Counted from the first letter of the stretch, positions 31,054 to 43,928 are shown. The stretch: 64,000 nt of DNA from Eledone cirrhosa (GCA_964016885.1 OZ024742.1:38936001-39000000), one strand, 5' to 3'. Notes: generated by a model not told the origin, from the sequence alone. Program-made: numbers and translations.

Positions 31054-33552
31054 TTATGGAACATTCCACCAGTACTCTTTCATATTATATACATGGATGT
31101 CTTCCACATTGCTGTAGCTTTTAATGTGTTTATTATCGCGGCTATCTTTTTTACGAACTGCATTGTACAGCGTTTTGGCCACTACATCACGCCTCCTAGG
31201 TAGATAGTACCGCGATGACATCTTTGGGCAGCTGCTGATGACATGGGTGATATCCTCGATGTTAGTTCTGCAGAGTCTGCACTTGTTATCACATCTAGGT
31301 GTTTTGCCTGCATCCCTATCTCTTTTGTGAATCAGGTATTTCGTGCTAATCTCCTGTTCTTGGATTGCAAAAGCGTATCCTTCAAAGTGGGAGCCAATAT
31401 AGCGGTTGTTGGTCCAAGATAGACTACTTTCCTTATCTATATTACTCTCACTCTGGAGCTTCCTAGCAACATATCCATGCATGATTTTTTGCTGATAGAC
31501 ATGCAGTTTTTCATCCATGGATTCACTGCGATACTGCTGAGCGACATCCCTGGGTGTGAGTTTTTGATTATCACACAGGGAATATCTCTCGAGGAGTTCC
31601 TTCCCAGCTCTCATGATCTTATCTGTTTCATGCAGATAGACGTGCTCGAGAAGCGGGCTCCTACGCTTCGAGGTTCGTAGATGTTGTCGGAGAGATATGA
31701 TGCGACATTCAAATGTTGTCTGGACTGATGTTAGGCCTCTGCCTCCCTGCTTACGTTTCAAGTAAAGGCGGTCTATGTCACTGTTGATGTGGAAGTTTCC
31801 GGTGTTGTTCAGTATTTTTCGAGTTCCAACATCAACTGCTCGGATTTCGTCTATCGTCCAATTGAGTATTCCAAACGTTGGTGTTAGGACAGGCACAGCA
31901 AACACATTGTGAGCCACTGTTTTGTTTTGCGCAGAGAGTTCCGATGACCAGATCTTTCTTAATCGGGTGTAGTATTCCCTGGTTACGCGTTCTTTATTAC
32001 AGATACCATTATAGGATATGTTCTCATCTATCCCCAGGTATCTGTAGCAGTCCTCATCAGATATCGGTGAAACAGTTAGACCATTGATGACAATGTTGCT
32101 AGATTGGGTTGTTGTTTTTCCCCGCTTTACAGTCATGTATGAGCATTTATCTTGGCGAAACTCCATTCCTATATCCTTTGAGAACGTTGTAACCAGGTCA
32201 AGATTTTTCTTCATCCCATCCATGTTCTTGGCATAGAGTTTCAGATCGTCCACAAAGTTATGAGTTAGGTTCGTATTTCTGTCCTCCTGTGAGCCAATGA
32301 TGTATCCCTGACATTTCTTGAGCAGAAAGAACAAGGGGTTTAATGACAAGATGAACAATATCACAGAGAGACTGTCCCCCTGAAATATACCCCTGCAATA
32401 TTTTATTTTATCAGTGAAAATAGAGTCCTCCCTCTCTGTCTTTAACCTTAGGATAGTAGCCCAAGAAGAAGACAGCCTCTCTATGGCTCTGACAATAATG
32501 TCTGGGACTTTAGCAAGTTGGAGGGCCTCTATCATCCAAGAGTGGGGAACAGAATCGAAAGCTTTCTTGTAGTCCAGCCAGACTGTAATCATATTCCTCC
32601 TAAGTTGTCGCACCTCCGACATCGCAGTTTTGTTGATTAGGAGTTGTTCAGCACATCCCCAAACCCTTTTCTTTCCAGCTGCTTGTTCATCTGTGATGAT
32701 ATTATTATTTTCACAGTGATCTTGGAGGAATAGGTTCAGGCAGGTTGTATACATCTTATACATCAGGTTCTGGCATGCAATGGGTCGGTAGTTTTTTGCC
32801 AAGTGGGTGTCTTTGTTCTTGGGGACCAGTAACGTTTGTGCTAATGTCAACCATTCTGGTATAAGTGTATCTCCCTTAAGAACTTGTTGGTAGAGGTCAG
32901 TAAGATACCTCCGATAGAATATCAGTTTTTTGTACCAGTAGCCGACAATCATGTCTCTTCCTGGTGTTTTCTTATCTTGGAGTTTTCCTATCACAGTCTC
33001 AAGGGTACCCTCACTTATTTCATATGTTTTTGTTGTAGTGTAGGAGCAATAGTTCTTTCGGATTTCTCTAAGCCACACTGCATCTTGGTTGAAATTCTTC
33101 TTTTCCCCCCATATTTTTCTCCAAAAGGAATCTATGTCTTTCTGGGATGGGGCCTCAGTGACACTTATTATTTTGCCCTTCATATCTCTATAGACTGATG
33201 TTTGGTTTCGTCTGAATCTTTTATTAAGCATTTTTCTCTCATCTACCTTCTTCAGGTATCGGCGTTTTTCGCTAACAGCTCTCAATTCTTGTTTGATCGT
33301 GATCAGCTTATATTGGAGAGTTCTGGTTCTACTGTTACCAAACATCGTCTCTATTTTATTTTTCACTCTTTGTTGGTGAGGAGTGAGGTTTTTTTGTGTT
33401 TGTTTGCATGTAAGGAGCATTGTCACATGTCCTATGTTTTTTCGTAGGTCAGCACTCTTTTTTTCTATTTTAGTTATATATGATGGTATTTTTGGTGGTG
33501 TTTTGTTCTTGTTAATATCTCTGCTATCACCAAGATAATGCTTCACTGTCAT
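31054..33552 (-). pseudogene. Reverse transcriptase + CCHC + RLE endonuclease ORF of copy 1 (frameshifted near 31054, remnant continues to about 30740)
   Basis: Motifs PGRD, NYRPIAC, WLDYKKAFDSVPHSW, GIFQGDSLS, FVDDLKLY, YRYLG, GGRGL and CRLC-x7-HVISSC. The downstream RPD..VEIS..K remnant is in another frame. Confidence 0.92.
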
Positions 33553-33651
33553 TGCTAAGGCATATAAACAGGCGTTGATTTACCAAAATGTTGGGGTTTT
33601 TATCCGTCGTAAATATTCATCCCCTATTTCGTCAATAATACGTAGTATTTC

Positions 33652-33927
33652 TGTTGTATGGACTGGGAATCGAGCTCACAACCTCATTGTTGTGTGGACT
33701 GTTGGATTTCTATTCAATTTGCACGTGCTCGCACATTTGCATATGGATCACGTGACCTGGGCGGTCAGTCAGCGTTGGTGTTAAAAACTCGGTCACAGAC
33801 TGCCACTGACTTACTTTATGTTATTCTGCTACTGCGAGGAAGGGCGTTTTGGTTGTTTTGCAAATTACACAAATTATTTGATATAACTCGTTGTGTTTTC
33901 TCTGCGAGTACTGAGAGGAATACAACA
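33652..33927 (+). repeat. 5' LTR (276 bp)
   Basis: TG...CA termini with 7-bp terminal inverted repeats; differs from the 3' LTR by about 5 transitions and a 12-bp indel. Confidence 0.95.
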
Positions 33928-34011
33928 GAGTTTATTGGCGTCGCCGATAGGATTTACCTACATTGCTGATAGGATTTACCTACATTGCCGGGAAATTGTT
34001 TATCACAAAAA

Positions 34012-37000
34012 CATGGCGGAACAACAAACAACGGAGCTAATAAAGTTGTTTAGAGAACAGATGGAACAACAAATGCAACAACACAAGAAAGATATGGACA
34101 CTCTGATAAAACTGTTTGGTGCTCGAGATTCTGAACAACAGAGTTTATTGGCGTCGCCAGTTGCTTCGACACCAACAGCATTCATCCCACCATTTGCTGC
34201 TTTTGATTCAACAACAGAACTATGGCCTGATTACTGGTCAAGATTCTGCACGTTTGTGGCTGCTAACGCTGTACCCGAGCAACGCATGGCACAAGTGTTC
34301 CTGACTAATCAGACGGCTGCTATCTACAAACAACTTGCAAATCTGGCTGCTCAACAAAATCCGCCTAAGAATATCAACAAGTTGACAATGGACGAAATTG
34401 TTGACTTCATGAAAGAATAGTTCGACCCAAAACTTTTCATTGTGAGAGAACGTTTCAAGTTCTGGAGTGACATGTAACGGAAGCCAGGCGAAACTCTCCA
34501 GGATCTGGCAGCACGTATACGTCAGGATGCAGCTACCTGTGATTTTCCTTTGATCACAAATCCACAAGATGAAGCTTTAAGACAGAGATTTATATGTTCT
34601 GTCAATAATGAAACTGTGTTGAAGGCTATTTTCAAGATCAAGGATACAGAACTAGATTTCGCCCGTGCTGTCCAAGTTGCCATCGGGACCGAAGACGCAG
34701 CAAAGGTTGCCAAGGAAACTGTTTACGGTTCCAAAACCAAGCAACTCTACAAGGTCCAGCAGAACAAGAACAAGGGTCCTCGAAAGAACTATCAGCAGTC
34801 TTATTCCACAGACCAGGAGATGTGCTACCGATGTGGAAAGGCCCATAAAGCGACAGACTGCTCCTTCAAAGAAGCCAAATGTCATTTTTGTGACAAAAAG
34901 GGACATTTGCAAGCGATGTGTAGAAAGAAACAACATCAGCAACGTAATCATCGCTCACAGAATTACGTGAAAAGAATCACGAAAGCTGAGCTAGCCAAGG
35001 CGATCCTTGGTGAAGTTCCCCACGATACTCATAGTTTGAATGTGCCAATAACAATCCAGAACAGACTTTTCACAATGGAATTAGACACAGCTACTACAGG
35101 CAATTTTGTTTCCTTTTCAGTTTGGAAACAATTAGGAAAACCGAAGCTGCAAGATGTCAAACATCGGTTTGAATCTGCCAGCAAGCACGACCTGCCCGTT
35201 CTGGGAACTTTCATGGGCCAAACCAAGGATCCAACGACCGGTAAACGGAATTCAATACCCTACATCGTCACCAAGATCCCTGATCTTAATTTGCTGGGAC
35301 GAAACGCTATCCAGACTCTGGGAATTTCCGTAGACAATGCTCTAGGATTGAAAAGCATAGACAGCCAGGCCAAGAGTGAGGGTGCAGAAGTGATGCATCC
35401 AAAGACCTCAAATGAGCCCTATATTTCCATGCAACGAGATTGTCACAACATGTGTGATGAATTCCCAGATCTCTTCAAGCAAGAATTGGGATGTCTTAAT
35501 GACTTCGAACTGGAAGTGAAGTTCAAGTCGGACGCGACACCGGTCTTTCACAAGGCACGCCCGGTCCCGTTTGCTCTTCGTGATGACCTGGCCAAAGGTT
35601 ACGAAGAAGGCATCGCCAAAGAAATCTGGAAGCCAGTACAGTTCAACGAATACGGAACGCCAGTGGTACCGATTCGTAAAGCACATACTTCAGGCAACCT
35701 GAAGCCCAAACTACGGATTTGTGGTGACTACTCTGTGGGAATTAATGACCAACTTGCAGATCATCGTCATCCAATGCCACTCCCAGAGGAACTGATGCAG
35801 AAGCTCGGAGGTGGATTCGGATACACACAGATTGATCTTGCTGATGCCTATAATCAGATCAAGCTGGCTCCAGAAAGTCAACGCAGGCTTGCACTCAGCA
35901 CCTGGTTACTTTCAGGAGATCATGGAAAACCTGACTCAAGATCTACCTGGTGTGGCCGTCTTCCAGGACGACATGCTCGTCAGTGGGAAAGATGCAAACG
36001 ATCACCTGAACAACCTAAAGTGTCTGCTCACACGTCTGTGCGACAAAGGACTCAGATGTCGCTGTGACAAGTGCCAGTTTGCACTACCCAGTGTGGAATA
36101 CCTTGGACACACCTTGTCGGCTGAAGGGATCGCGAAGGGATCCAAGGTCGAAGCAGTTTTAAAGATGCCACCTCCAACGAACGTCTCAAGCTTGAAGTCT
36201 TTCCTGGGTTCAGTTCAGTTCTATGGAAAGTTTATCCCAAACCTGGCCAGCATGGCAGAGCCACTCTATTGCCTTACGAAAAAAACGACTACTTGGAAGT
36301 GGGGAGATGAAGAACAGTCAGCTTTCGATCAGTTGAAAAATGTGCTTTCATCGGATCGAGTTCTGATACACTTCGATCCAAACAAAACTTTGGGACTGGC
36401 TTGCGACGCGTCAAACGTTGGTATTGGAGCAGTCCTGTTTCATAGGTATACTGATGGAAGCGAGCGCCAATATCCAATGTGTCCAAGACTCTTACTTCTG
36501 CACAGCGTAACTACGGCTAAATTCAAAAGGAAGCCCTTGCCATCATATTTGGCTTGCAGAAGTTCTATCAGTATCTGTACGGACATCAGTTTATACTCGT
36601 AACTGACCACAAGCCACTGACATCACTGTTTAGTCCGAGGAAAGGGACGCCACTTCTCGCTGCTAACCGACTAGCACGGTGGGCCCTGTGGCTGAACCAG
36701 TTTGACTACACCATCGAATATCGGAAAACAGCGGATCATGGCAATGCAGATGCCCTCAGTCGCTTGCCATTTGGTAATGACATCGACTTTGACAGGAAGG
36801 AAAATGGTGAAGACATGGACATGGTGTGCGCCATCAAAGCTCTCAGTCTTCAAGTTCAACCTATCGATTCTAACGTCCTCCGTCAAGAGTCGGGGAAAGA
36901 TCCAGTGATATCTACAGTGATACGCTACGTCCGTGAAGGCTGGCCACCAAATAATATTGAGATCAATGACGAAGTCAATAAGTTCCGGAAGTTATCGGAT

Positions 37001-38175
37001 TCACTCAGTCTCTGCCACGGATGCCTTATCCATGGATCGAGAGTTGTGATTCCACATAGCTTACAGCCAAAGATCCTCAATCTTCTGCATCTCGGACACT
37101 TTGGCATGGAGCGCATGAAACAATTGGCAAGAACTGCTGTTTATTGGCCTGGTATCGATGCTGCTATAGAGAAAACCAGTCGACAATGTGATTCGTGTGG
37201 TGAACATCAAAACCAGCCATCCAAGTCTCCAGTTCACCCATGGATGTTACCTGAAAAGCCGTGGAGCCGCTTACACCTGGACCATGCAATAAATTTCATG
37301 AGCAGTAATTGGTTGGTGATCACGGATGCTTATTCCAAGTATCCATGCATTCATCCTACGTCATCCACGTCCTCCAGAGCCACTTTAGATCTGCTTGAAG
37401 AAGACTTTACGCACTTCGGATTTCCTCACCGATAACGCACCAACTTTTATTTCTGAGGAGTTTCAGAGCTGGGGCAAAGAACGTGGGATCACGCACCTGA
37501 CAGGGGCACCTTATCACCCAGCTACTAACGGAGCAGCGGAACGTTTGGTGCAGACCTTCAAACAAGCTCTGAGGAAGACTTCTCTTCCGCCGAAGCGAGC
37601 ACTTCAAGAGTTCTTGATGCAGTACCGGAGAACACCGACATCCAGTGGATTATCTCCGAGTGAACTTTTGAATCACCGGCAGATACGGACAAGGATTGAT
37701 TCTCTGCTGCCGTCGCCAAGGCAAGCAGTCTAAGGAAGCATATAAGTCTCAGATGACTCCGGACTCGGCAGGTGTCGCTAAGGTTACCAGGCAGTACAAG
37801 GCTGGAGATCCTGTGTATGCACTGTACTACGGACCTCGCCGAGACAAAGATCCCCGATGGGTACCAGCAATCATTAAGAAGTCATTGGGTACTCGCTGCT
37901 TCAACGTTAAGGTCATACCTCATGGCTCGGTGTGGAGACGACACTGGGAACAGCTGCAACCGCGGTACACTACTGAGGAAGACAATGAACCTGGTGATGC
38001 AGTAGACACTGTTTTTGAATTTGCAACAGATCACCCGATGGAGATCTCGGAAATCGTGCCACTAACTCCAAGACAGACCAGACCCAAGACCTTATTGCCC
38101 GTTCCAGAGTATGGACCAGACAATCGAAGACGGTCCAAGAGAACTCGTAAACCCCCAGAGAGACTTTGCTGTTGA
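34012..38175 (+). pseudogene. Disrupted gag-pol: Gag with two CCHC knuckles, protease, RT, RNase H, integrase
   Basis: CYRCGKAHKATDC and CHFCDKKGHLQAMC; MELDTA; RICGDY, IDLADAY, FQDD; DASNVGIGAVL; TDHKPL; HLGH..CDSC; DNAPTF..NGAAER. Stops near 34418 and 34475, several frameshifts and a deletion in RT near 35900. Confidence 0.95.
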
Positions 38176-38210
38176 TGCTTCTTTTGTCGCATCAATTTCG
38201 GTGGGGGAGG

Positions 38211-38474
38211 TGTTGTATGGACTGGGAATCGAGCTCACAACCTCATTGTTGTGTGGACTGTTGGATTTCTATTCAATTTGCACGTGCTCGCACATTTGCA
38301 TATGGATCACGTGACCTGGGCGGTCAGTCAGCATTGGTGTCACAGACTGTCACTGACTTACTTTATGTTATTCTGCTACTGCGAGGAGGGGCGTTTTGGT
38401 TGTTTCGCAAATTACACAAATTATTTGATATAACTCGTTGTGTTTTCTCTGCGAGTACCGAGAGGAATACAACA
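38211..38474 (+). repeat. 3' LTR (264 bp)
   Basis: Direct repeat of 33652-33927, preceded by the PPT and followed by the TSD. Confidence 0.95.
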
Positions 38475-39004
38475 ATTTCATTATTTGGTTTTTTATTCAC
38501 CATTGTCATTTTAACACGTTCAGCCAGAGAGATATTTATACATGAGTTAATTTCTCTCTGGAAGATTTCGTTGAGGGAAATTTTCAATTGTTTATACTTT
38601 TGATTATCATTATCGATAGTATTTTCCACAACAGTCGATGTAGACTCGGATGGTATATGTGGTGTCACATTTATTCGATTATTATTATTATTTCTTCGAT
38701 TATTATTATTATCGATAGTGTTTTCCCCAGCATTCGAGGTAGACTTAGATGGTACAGGTGGTGTCAAGTTTCTTACAGGCATAGTTGTTTCAAGGCGCTG
38801 TTCGATCTGGCTGCTAGGAAGTCTAGTAGCATGGCGATCTGTAGCACGTGTTGTTGATTCCATGTTTGTTGTGGGGGACTTACAATTAATAATATTTATC
38901 TTATTTTTACGTTCAACAAACGTCGCTTGTTGGCGTAATTGTTTCGCTGTGAAATAATTTGGCTCTGGGTGCATTTCGTCCCAGTGTAGTTTCATTCTAT
39001 TCAT
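38475..39004 (-). pseudogene. N-terminal part of the R4-like ORF (probably 5' truncated)
   Basis: YMNRMKLHWDEMHPE...QLRQQA resembles R4-clade N-termini. It joins EILRIIDE...TFW*INACLYALAMTVK across the Gypsy insertion. Confidence 0.75.
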
Positions 39005-39047
39005 ATAGCGTATGTATGTATGTATGTATGTATGTATGTATGTATGT

Positions 39048-39535
39048 CATCACATGGTACCATGGGCCCAGCACTATGTGTCAATAATTGTCACAAATGT
39101 AGTGTTTGTACCAGTGTTTTCAAGTCGCTGGCTGGACTAAAAAGTCACACTCGTTCAGCGCATCGGTAGGGGTTCTCCTACATGGATATAAAGTAGTGGC
39201 CGTACTCGAAAACGAGTTGGCAGCCACCATGTATGTGTGTATGTATGTATGTGGTTAAACCACTGTGAGTGAAGGACCCCTAGCCTTTGTCATGGCATTC
39301 TTCTAGGAGAAGGCAACTCAGGAAACTGGGATAACTGCGACATAAAACATGCGGCTCTTTTCGGGTTATAGCTACTGTCGCTCAGAAAGTGGGACTGGCT
39401 CAGTACACAGTTTTTCCTCACTTAAAAAAATTTTCACGCACAGGCATTGCATGGTAGCACGAATTGATGGTCATTAATAATGTCATATCGTGCAATGGCC
39501 ATACTCGATAACGAGGACGCAGCCATCATAATCAT
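39048..39535 (+). mobile_element. RTE-type LINE 3' end with C2H2 finger, followed by a short element with a similar 3' tail
   Basis: HKCSVCTSVFKSLAGLKSHTRSAHR* near 39093-39168. Both pieces end in GGCCRTACTCGA.AACGAG...GCAGCCA.CAT followed by (GTAT)n. Confidence 0.6.
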
Positions 39536-39871
39536 GTATGTATGTACGTATGTATGTATGGAATCGTCAACAGTAACATCACACACTAGCCAATGAATGG
39601 TTGTCAGGTTTTTTCGTTCACTTTTTCTACCTCTCTGACATGGAGTCCCTCAAGTGGATATTGCCTCATGGTCCAACCGAACAGTATAAAAAAATAATCG
39701 TTACCCTGGAGGATTGTAAATATATGTATAGTGTTGATTGAACCAGAAAAGTTGATTAATAAAATTTGACAAACAGCGATCATTAAACAACTGTCAATAA
39801 CAATTTTTTATTTTTTTGTATTCTAATAACCACTTTTTGTTGTTGATTGGTGTACCGAATGATCAACAACG

Positions 39872-40275
39872 TGGAGATGTGTGGCTTTGTGGTTAGTGTG
39901 TTAGTCTCACGATTGTAAGATTGGGAGTTCCACTCTCACCAACGCGTTCTGTCATTGAACAAGACACGTTGCTTATTTCACGTTGCTTCAGTCCACTCAG
40001 CTCGCAAAAATATGTCGCACCTGTAATTCAAAGGACCGGGCTGGTCTCATGTTGAATTTCTTCGAGAATTATTTCAGGGGTACACGTGTTTGTGGAACGC
40101 TTATATAACACATGAACGTTGAACAAAGTCTGTAATTCACAAAACTCGTACTTTAAAAGGCCCAGCCATATCATACATTGTGTCACGCCGAATCTCCCTA
40201 AACATGGGATGCTCAGGCACTTGCACGGTAATTTCGCGAACAGGTTGTTCCGTTTATCAAACAACTGGAGCATCA
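39872..40275 (+). mobile_element. tRNA-derived SINE (CORE-like), diverged
   Basis: A-box-like TGGCTTTGTGGTTAG, B-box-like GAGTTCCACTC, then GAACAAGACAC..TATTTCACGTTGCTTCAGTCCACTCAGCT as in the 60667 copy. Confidence 0.65.
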
Positions 40276-40424
40276 ACGTCGGAACTGGGGGGTCGCGCGC
40301 ACACGCACATACACCCCCCCCCCAAAAAAAAAACAACAACAAAAAAAAAAAAAAAAAAAAAAAAAACACGCGCGCGGTCGCAAAAGAGCTTGAAATGAGA
40401 AAAAACAGAGAGAGAAAGTGTTAA

Positions 40425-40605
40425 AGTAATAACTGTTTATATTTTTGGCACAAGGCCAGCAATTATCCCAGTACATTACTGGTACTTTATTTTATCGACC
40501 CCCTAAGGATGAAAGGCAAAGCTAACCTCGGCAGGATTTGAACTCAGACCGTAAAGGGACGTAACTCTATGCTGCAAAGCATGAGATCCGACCCTCTACC
40601 GAAAC
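40425..40605 (-). mobile_element. tRNA-derived SINE (Nin-like core)
   Basis: Minus strand has CTGAGTTCAAATCCTGCCGAGG..GCCTTTCATCC..GGGGTCGATAAAATAAAGTACCAG; multi-copy in the window. Confidence 0.8.
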
Positions 40606-40629
40606 GTAAGAAAGTAAGAATTAGAGAAA

Positions 40630-40840
40630 CTAAGAGAGAGAGAGAGTGGGGAGAGAGGGGGAGAAAGAGAGAGAAAGAGTCTGTGAGAGGGGGAGAGAGT
40701 GGGAGAGAGAGGGAGTGTGTGTGGGAGAGAGAGAGAGAGGGAGAGAAAGAGTCTGTGAGAGGGGAGAGAGAGGGAGTGTGTGTGGGAGAGAGTGAGAGGG
40801 AGACAGAGTGAGTGAGAGAGAGATAGGGGGGAGAGAGGGA

Positions 40841-40897
<57 letters not shown>

Positions 40898-41560
40898 TGT
40901 GTGAGAGAGAGAGGGGGAGAGAGAGGGAGTGTGTGTGTGAGAGAGGTGTGAGTTAGAGAGACTGTAAACAGGTGAATTAATCTCTCAAACAGGCAGGTCT
41001 GTTCATCAGCTAGCATATTGGTCGTCTGCATAAACGGATGTCTAACACACACACACATATATATATATATTCACATACACGCACACACGCACGTACACAC
41101 TCAAACACACTCATATACACTCACACATATATTGACATACACGCACACGTACACATTTAAACATACATACAAACACACACACACACAAAACACATATTTA
41201 CATATACACTCACACGCACGTACACACTCAAACACACATACAAACACACACACACACATATACACACAACACATACATATTCACATACACACACATGCAC
41301 GTACACACTTAAACACACATACAAAAACAAACACACACATATTCACATACACACGCACGTACATACTCAAACACACACAAAAACACACACATACATATAC
41401 ACATGTACATTCACACAGCACACACATATTCACATACACACGCGCACGTATACACTCAAACACACACACATAAACACACACATATACACACACATACACA
41501 CATATTCACATACACACAGACAAACGTCACAGACACATGCACTCATACACAGACACACGA
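40630..41560. repeat. Degenerate (GA)n and (CA)n low-complexity tracts
   Basis: Read directly. Confidence 0.9.
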
Positions 41561-41732
41561 TCAACTTAGTGTGTAATCTAGAGAAGTTGTACATGTCAAG
41601 TGATACGATAATACATATTGTATAAACACGTAAGTCGGAAACTAATTCAGGTACTTGTAAAAAAGAAAAGATAATGAAAAAGAAAGCCTATTTAAAATAA
41701 AGATATTTGAATGAACAGAAATTATATATATA

Positions 41733-42429
41733 TTATAGCTCTGATTTATCTGAATTATTGAGCCCTCTGCCACTCATGTCGAATTTTGTTTATCGTGAAC
41801 TCGTGCGCCGATTTTTCGATACTCGATTATTCTACTATATTTAGCTCTAGACTTAGCTATTGACCAGTTAATTTTATTGTTCATTTTTTGTCGATTCTAT
41901 TAAATGATGAATAGCTCCTGTTTATTTTAACATGTCTATTGAGCACTCTTATTCGATATGTGATTTTCCACATTCCCGAATATTTTTCGCGGATATAGAG
42001 GTTATCTCCCTTGCTGGATTCCATGTGCGTTTTCAGCTAGGGTTGGCTTTTTTATTCGTTTGGACAAAGCTCGTTGATAAAGTATTTCCTGTCCGCCGCT
42101 CTCTAGAAGTCTTATATATTTTTATGTGGGCTGATAGTGGGCGGTTTAAGGATTTACAGAAACCCAAGAAGCTAGATTTACCATCTTTCTAGTGGGTCCG
42201 GGTAAGCTTTTTACATTCATATGATTTATTGATATTTTATCTGAGTGACCCGAATCTTCCTGATCGTAATTTTTCGGTCGTAAGGTTGATTTTAGACATA
42301 ATCTATGTGTGTTGGTATTTTAACGATAGTTATAGCTCTGATTTATCTGAATTATTGAGCCCTCTGCCACTCATGTCGAATTTTGTTTATCGTGAACTCG
42401 TGCGCCGATTTTTCGATACTCGATTATTC

Positions 42430-42437
<8 letters not shown>
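41733..42437. mobile_element. Non-coding element of about 700 bp bounded by about 108-bp direct repeats, in (TA)n
   Basis: 41733-41842 is repeated at 42330-42437, differing by a 2-bp indel; TA runs on both sides. Confidence 0.75.
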
Positions 42438-42472
<35 letters not shown>

Positions 42473-42591
42473 CTGTTCATTCAAATATATTTATTTATTT
42501 AATATATATATAGGAGGTGAGTTTTATTGTAGCACAATAAAGCAATGCAAATATCGGATAAGTAGCACTCTACAGTTGTAGGACTGGAGTA

Positions 42592-42790
42592 TAAATAATT
42601 GTTTCTACTTTAGGCACAAGGACAGCAATTACCCAGTGCATTACTGATACTTTATTTTATCGACCCCCGTAAGGATGAAAGGCAAAGTCAACCTCGGCGG
42701 GATTTGAACTCAGATCGTAAAGGGATGTAACTATGCTGGAAATCATGTTGTCCGACCCTCTACCGATACTGCCAATCCACCGACCTTCTT
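42592..42790 (-). mobile_element. tRNA-derived SINE (Nin-like core)
   Basis: Same family as 40425-40605 and 57448-57620. Confidence 0.8.
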
Positions 42791-42870
42791 TTAGTTTTAA
42801 ATCAACAGATATGTTGATTTAAAACTTCACTATTCACAAGTGTTTTTTAAGCTTCATATCATGTCTCCCT

Positions 42871-42939
42871 ATTTTATCTGATGAGAACGCAGATATCATC
42901 CCATGATGATATTTGTTTTTGAAATGCGCATAATAAAAT
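42871..42939 (+). ncRNA. Type I hammerhead ribozyme motif
   Basis: AUUUUAU-CUGAUGA-[GAACGCAGAUAUCAUC CCAU GAUGAUAUUUGUUUUU]-GAAA-UGCGCA-UA-AUAAAAU: 7-bp stem I, long stem II, palindromic stem III. Confidence 0.85.
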
Positions 42940-42966
42940 ACTTGGAACTGTTTTAACCTTCTTTTG

Positions 42967-43006
<40 letters not shown>

Positions 43007-43007
<1 letters not shown>

Positions 43008-43194
43008 CGAAGGAAAAGTGGTAAGGAACCAGGTGGACCATAACGCACCAAAGTACTCAATACTTAGGGTAGTAGAGTGGGTAATAGGAGTAAGTAAGAC
43101 CCCGACGGCTGACCTCAAGCCGTTTCGACGGCTAATTCTGAATTAGCCGTCGAAACGGCTTGAGCTCAGCCGTCGGGGTCTTACTTACTCCTAT
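43007..43194. mobile_element. Fold-back truncated copy of the 45509-46102 element family
   Basis: 77-nt tail plus 55-bp inverted arms (43084-43138 and 43140-43194) with a 1-nt loop. Each arm holds the 3' half of a hammerhead (GAAA CGGC..GCCG UC GGGG). Sits in (TA)n. Confidence 0.85.
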
Positions 43195-43336
43195 ATATAT
43201 ATATATATATATATGAATAAATTAGTCCTTTATCAGTGATCTTCCAGCCTTCATTGGTATTTCATCGCTTTAAAGACCATATACCTCTGGTTGTATATAT
43301 ATATATAGTTATGTAATAAACAACATAAGATAATTA

Positions 43337-43400
43337 ATTCATTTACCAGTGGTTTCTTGAAGACAGATATTTATATCTGTCTTCAGTCGTCAGAATGAAT
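43337..43400 (-). ncRNA. Type I hammerhead ribozyme motif
   Basis: AUUCAUU-CUGACGA-C[UGAAGACAGAUAU AA AUAUCUGUCUUCA]A-GAAA-CCACUGG-UA-AAUGAAU. Confidence 0.82.
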
Positions 43401-43737
43401 AACATGGAATGTTTATTAAATATGGATTTGAAAACAAAATTTAGGAAATATGAAAGTGAGGCTGAAATCAAATAACGGGCAAAAAATTTTCCTTTACCTT
43501 TCCTACGGAAATACTTAATTATATATATATATTATTTGTGTGTCTGTGTGTGTGTGTGTGGTGTGTGTGTGTGTGTCCAACCATAGGTAAATAAGGCGTG
43601 CATACTTGCATACTTAACACAAACACGCACACACATGTATATATATATGTATATATATATATATATGTATTTATATATAAATGTATATATATATATAAAG
43701 ATGTGAGAAAAACCACAGACACTCCATCTCAACTCTA

Positions 43738-43773
43738 CTTTTGAAAAGCAGCAGAACTGCGAAACCGGTAAAG
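43738..43773 (+). ncRNA. Minimal type I hammerhead, U3-A8 core variant
   Basis: CUU-UUGAAAA-GCAG CAGAA CUGC-GAAA-CCGG-UA-AAG. A homologue with compensatory stem changes lies at 55903. Confidence 0.72.
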
Positions 43774-43928
43774 GAACCAAATAAATATATATATTTTTTT
43801 AAAAATAAGACTCCAGTTGCATTTTCGATTTCATCTTTTTTTCTTTATACTTTCACTTGTGTAGGACACCTCGGTTATTTTTCATTTTGTAAAAAAAACC
43901 TCACTTTCTAATATATATATATATATAT

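Larger units (their letters stand above)
33652..38474 (+). mobile_element. Full-length decayed Ty3/Gypsy (Mag-like) LTR retrotransposon
   Basis: LTRs 33652-33927 and 38211-38474 (TGTTGTA...TACAACA). TSD ATTTC at 33647-33651 and 38475-38479. PBS-like TGGCGTCGCCG at 33936 and PPT GGTGGGGGAGG at 38200-38210. Confidence 0.96.
30560..39010 (-). mobile_element. R4/Dong-like RLE non-LTR retrotransposon, copy 1, interrupted by a Gypsy element
   Basis: Flanked on both sides by (GTAT)n. The N-terminal part (39004-38475) rejoins in frame with 33646-31054 once the LTR element and one TSD copy are removed. Confidence 0.9.
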
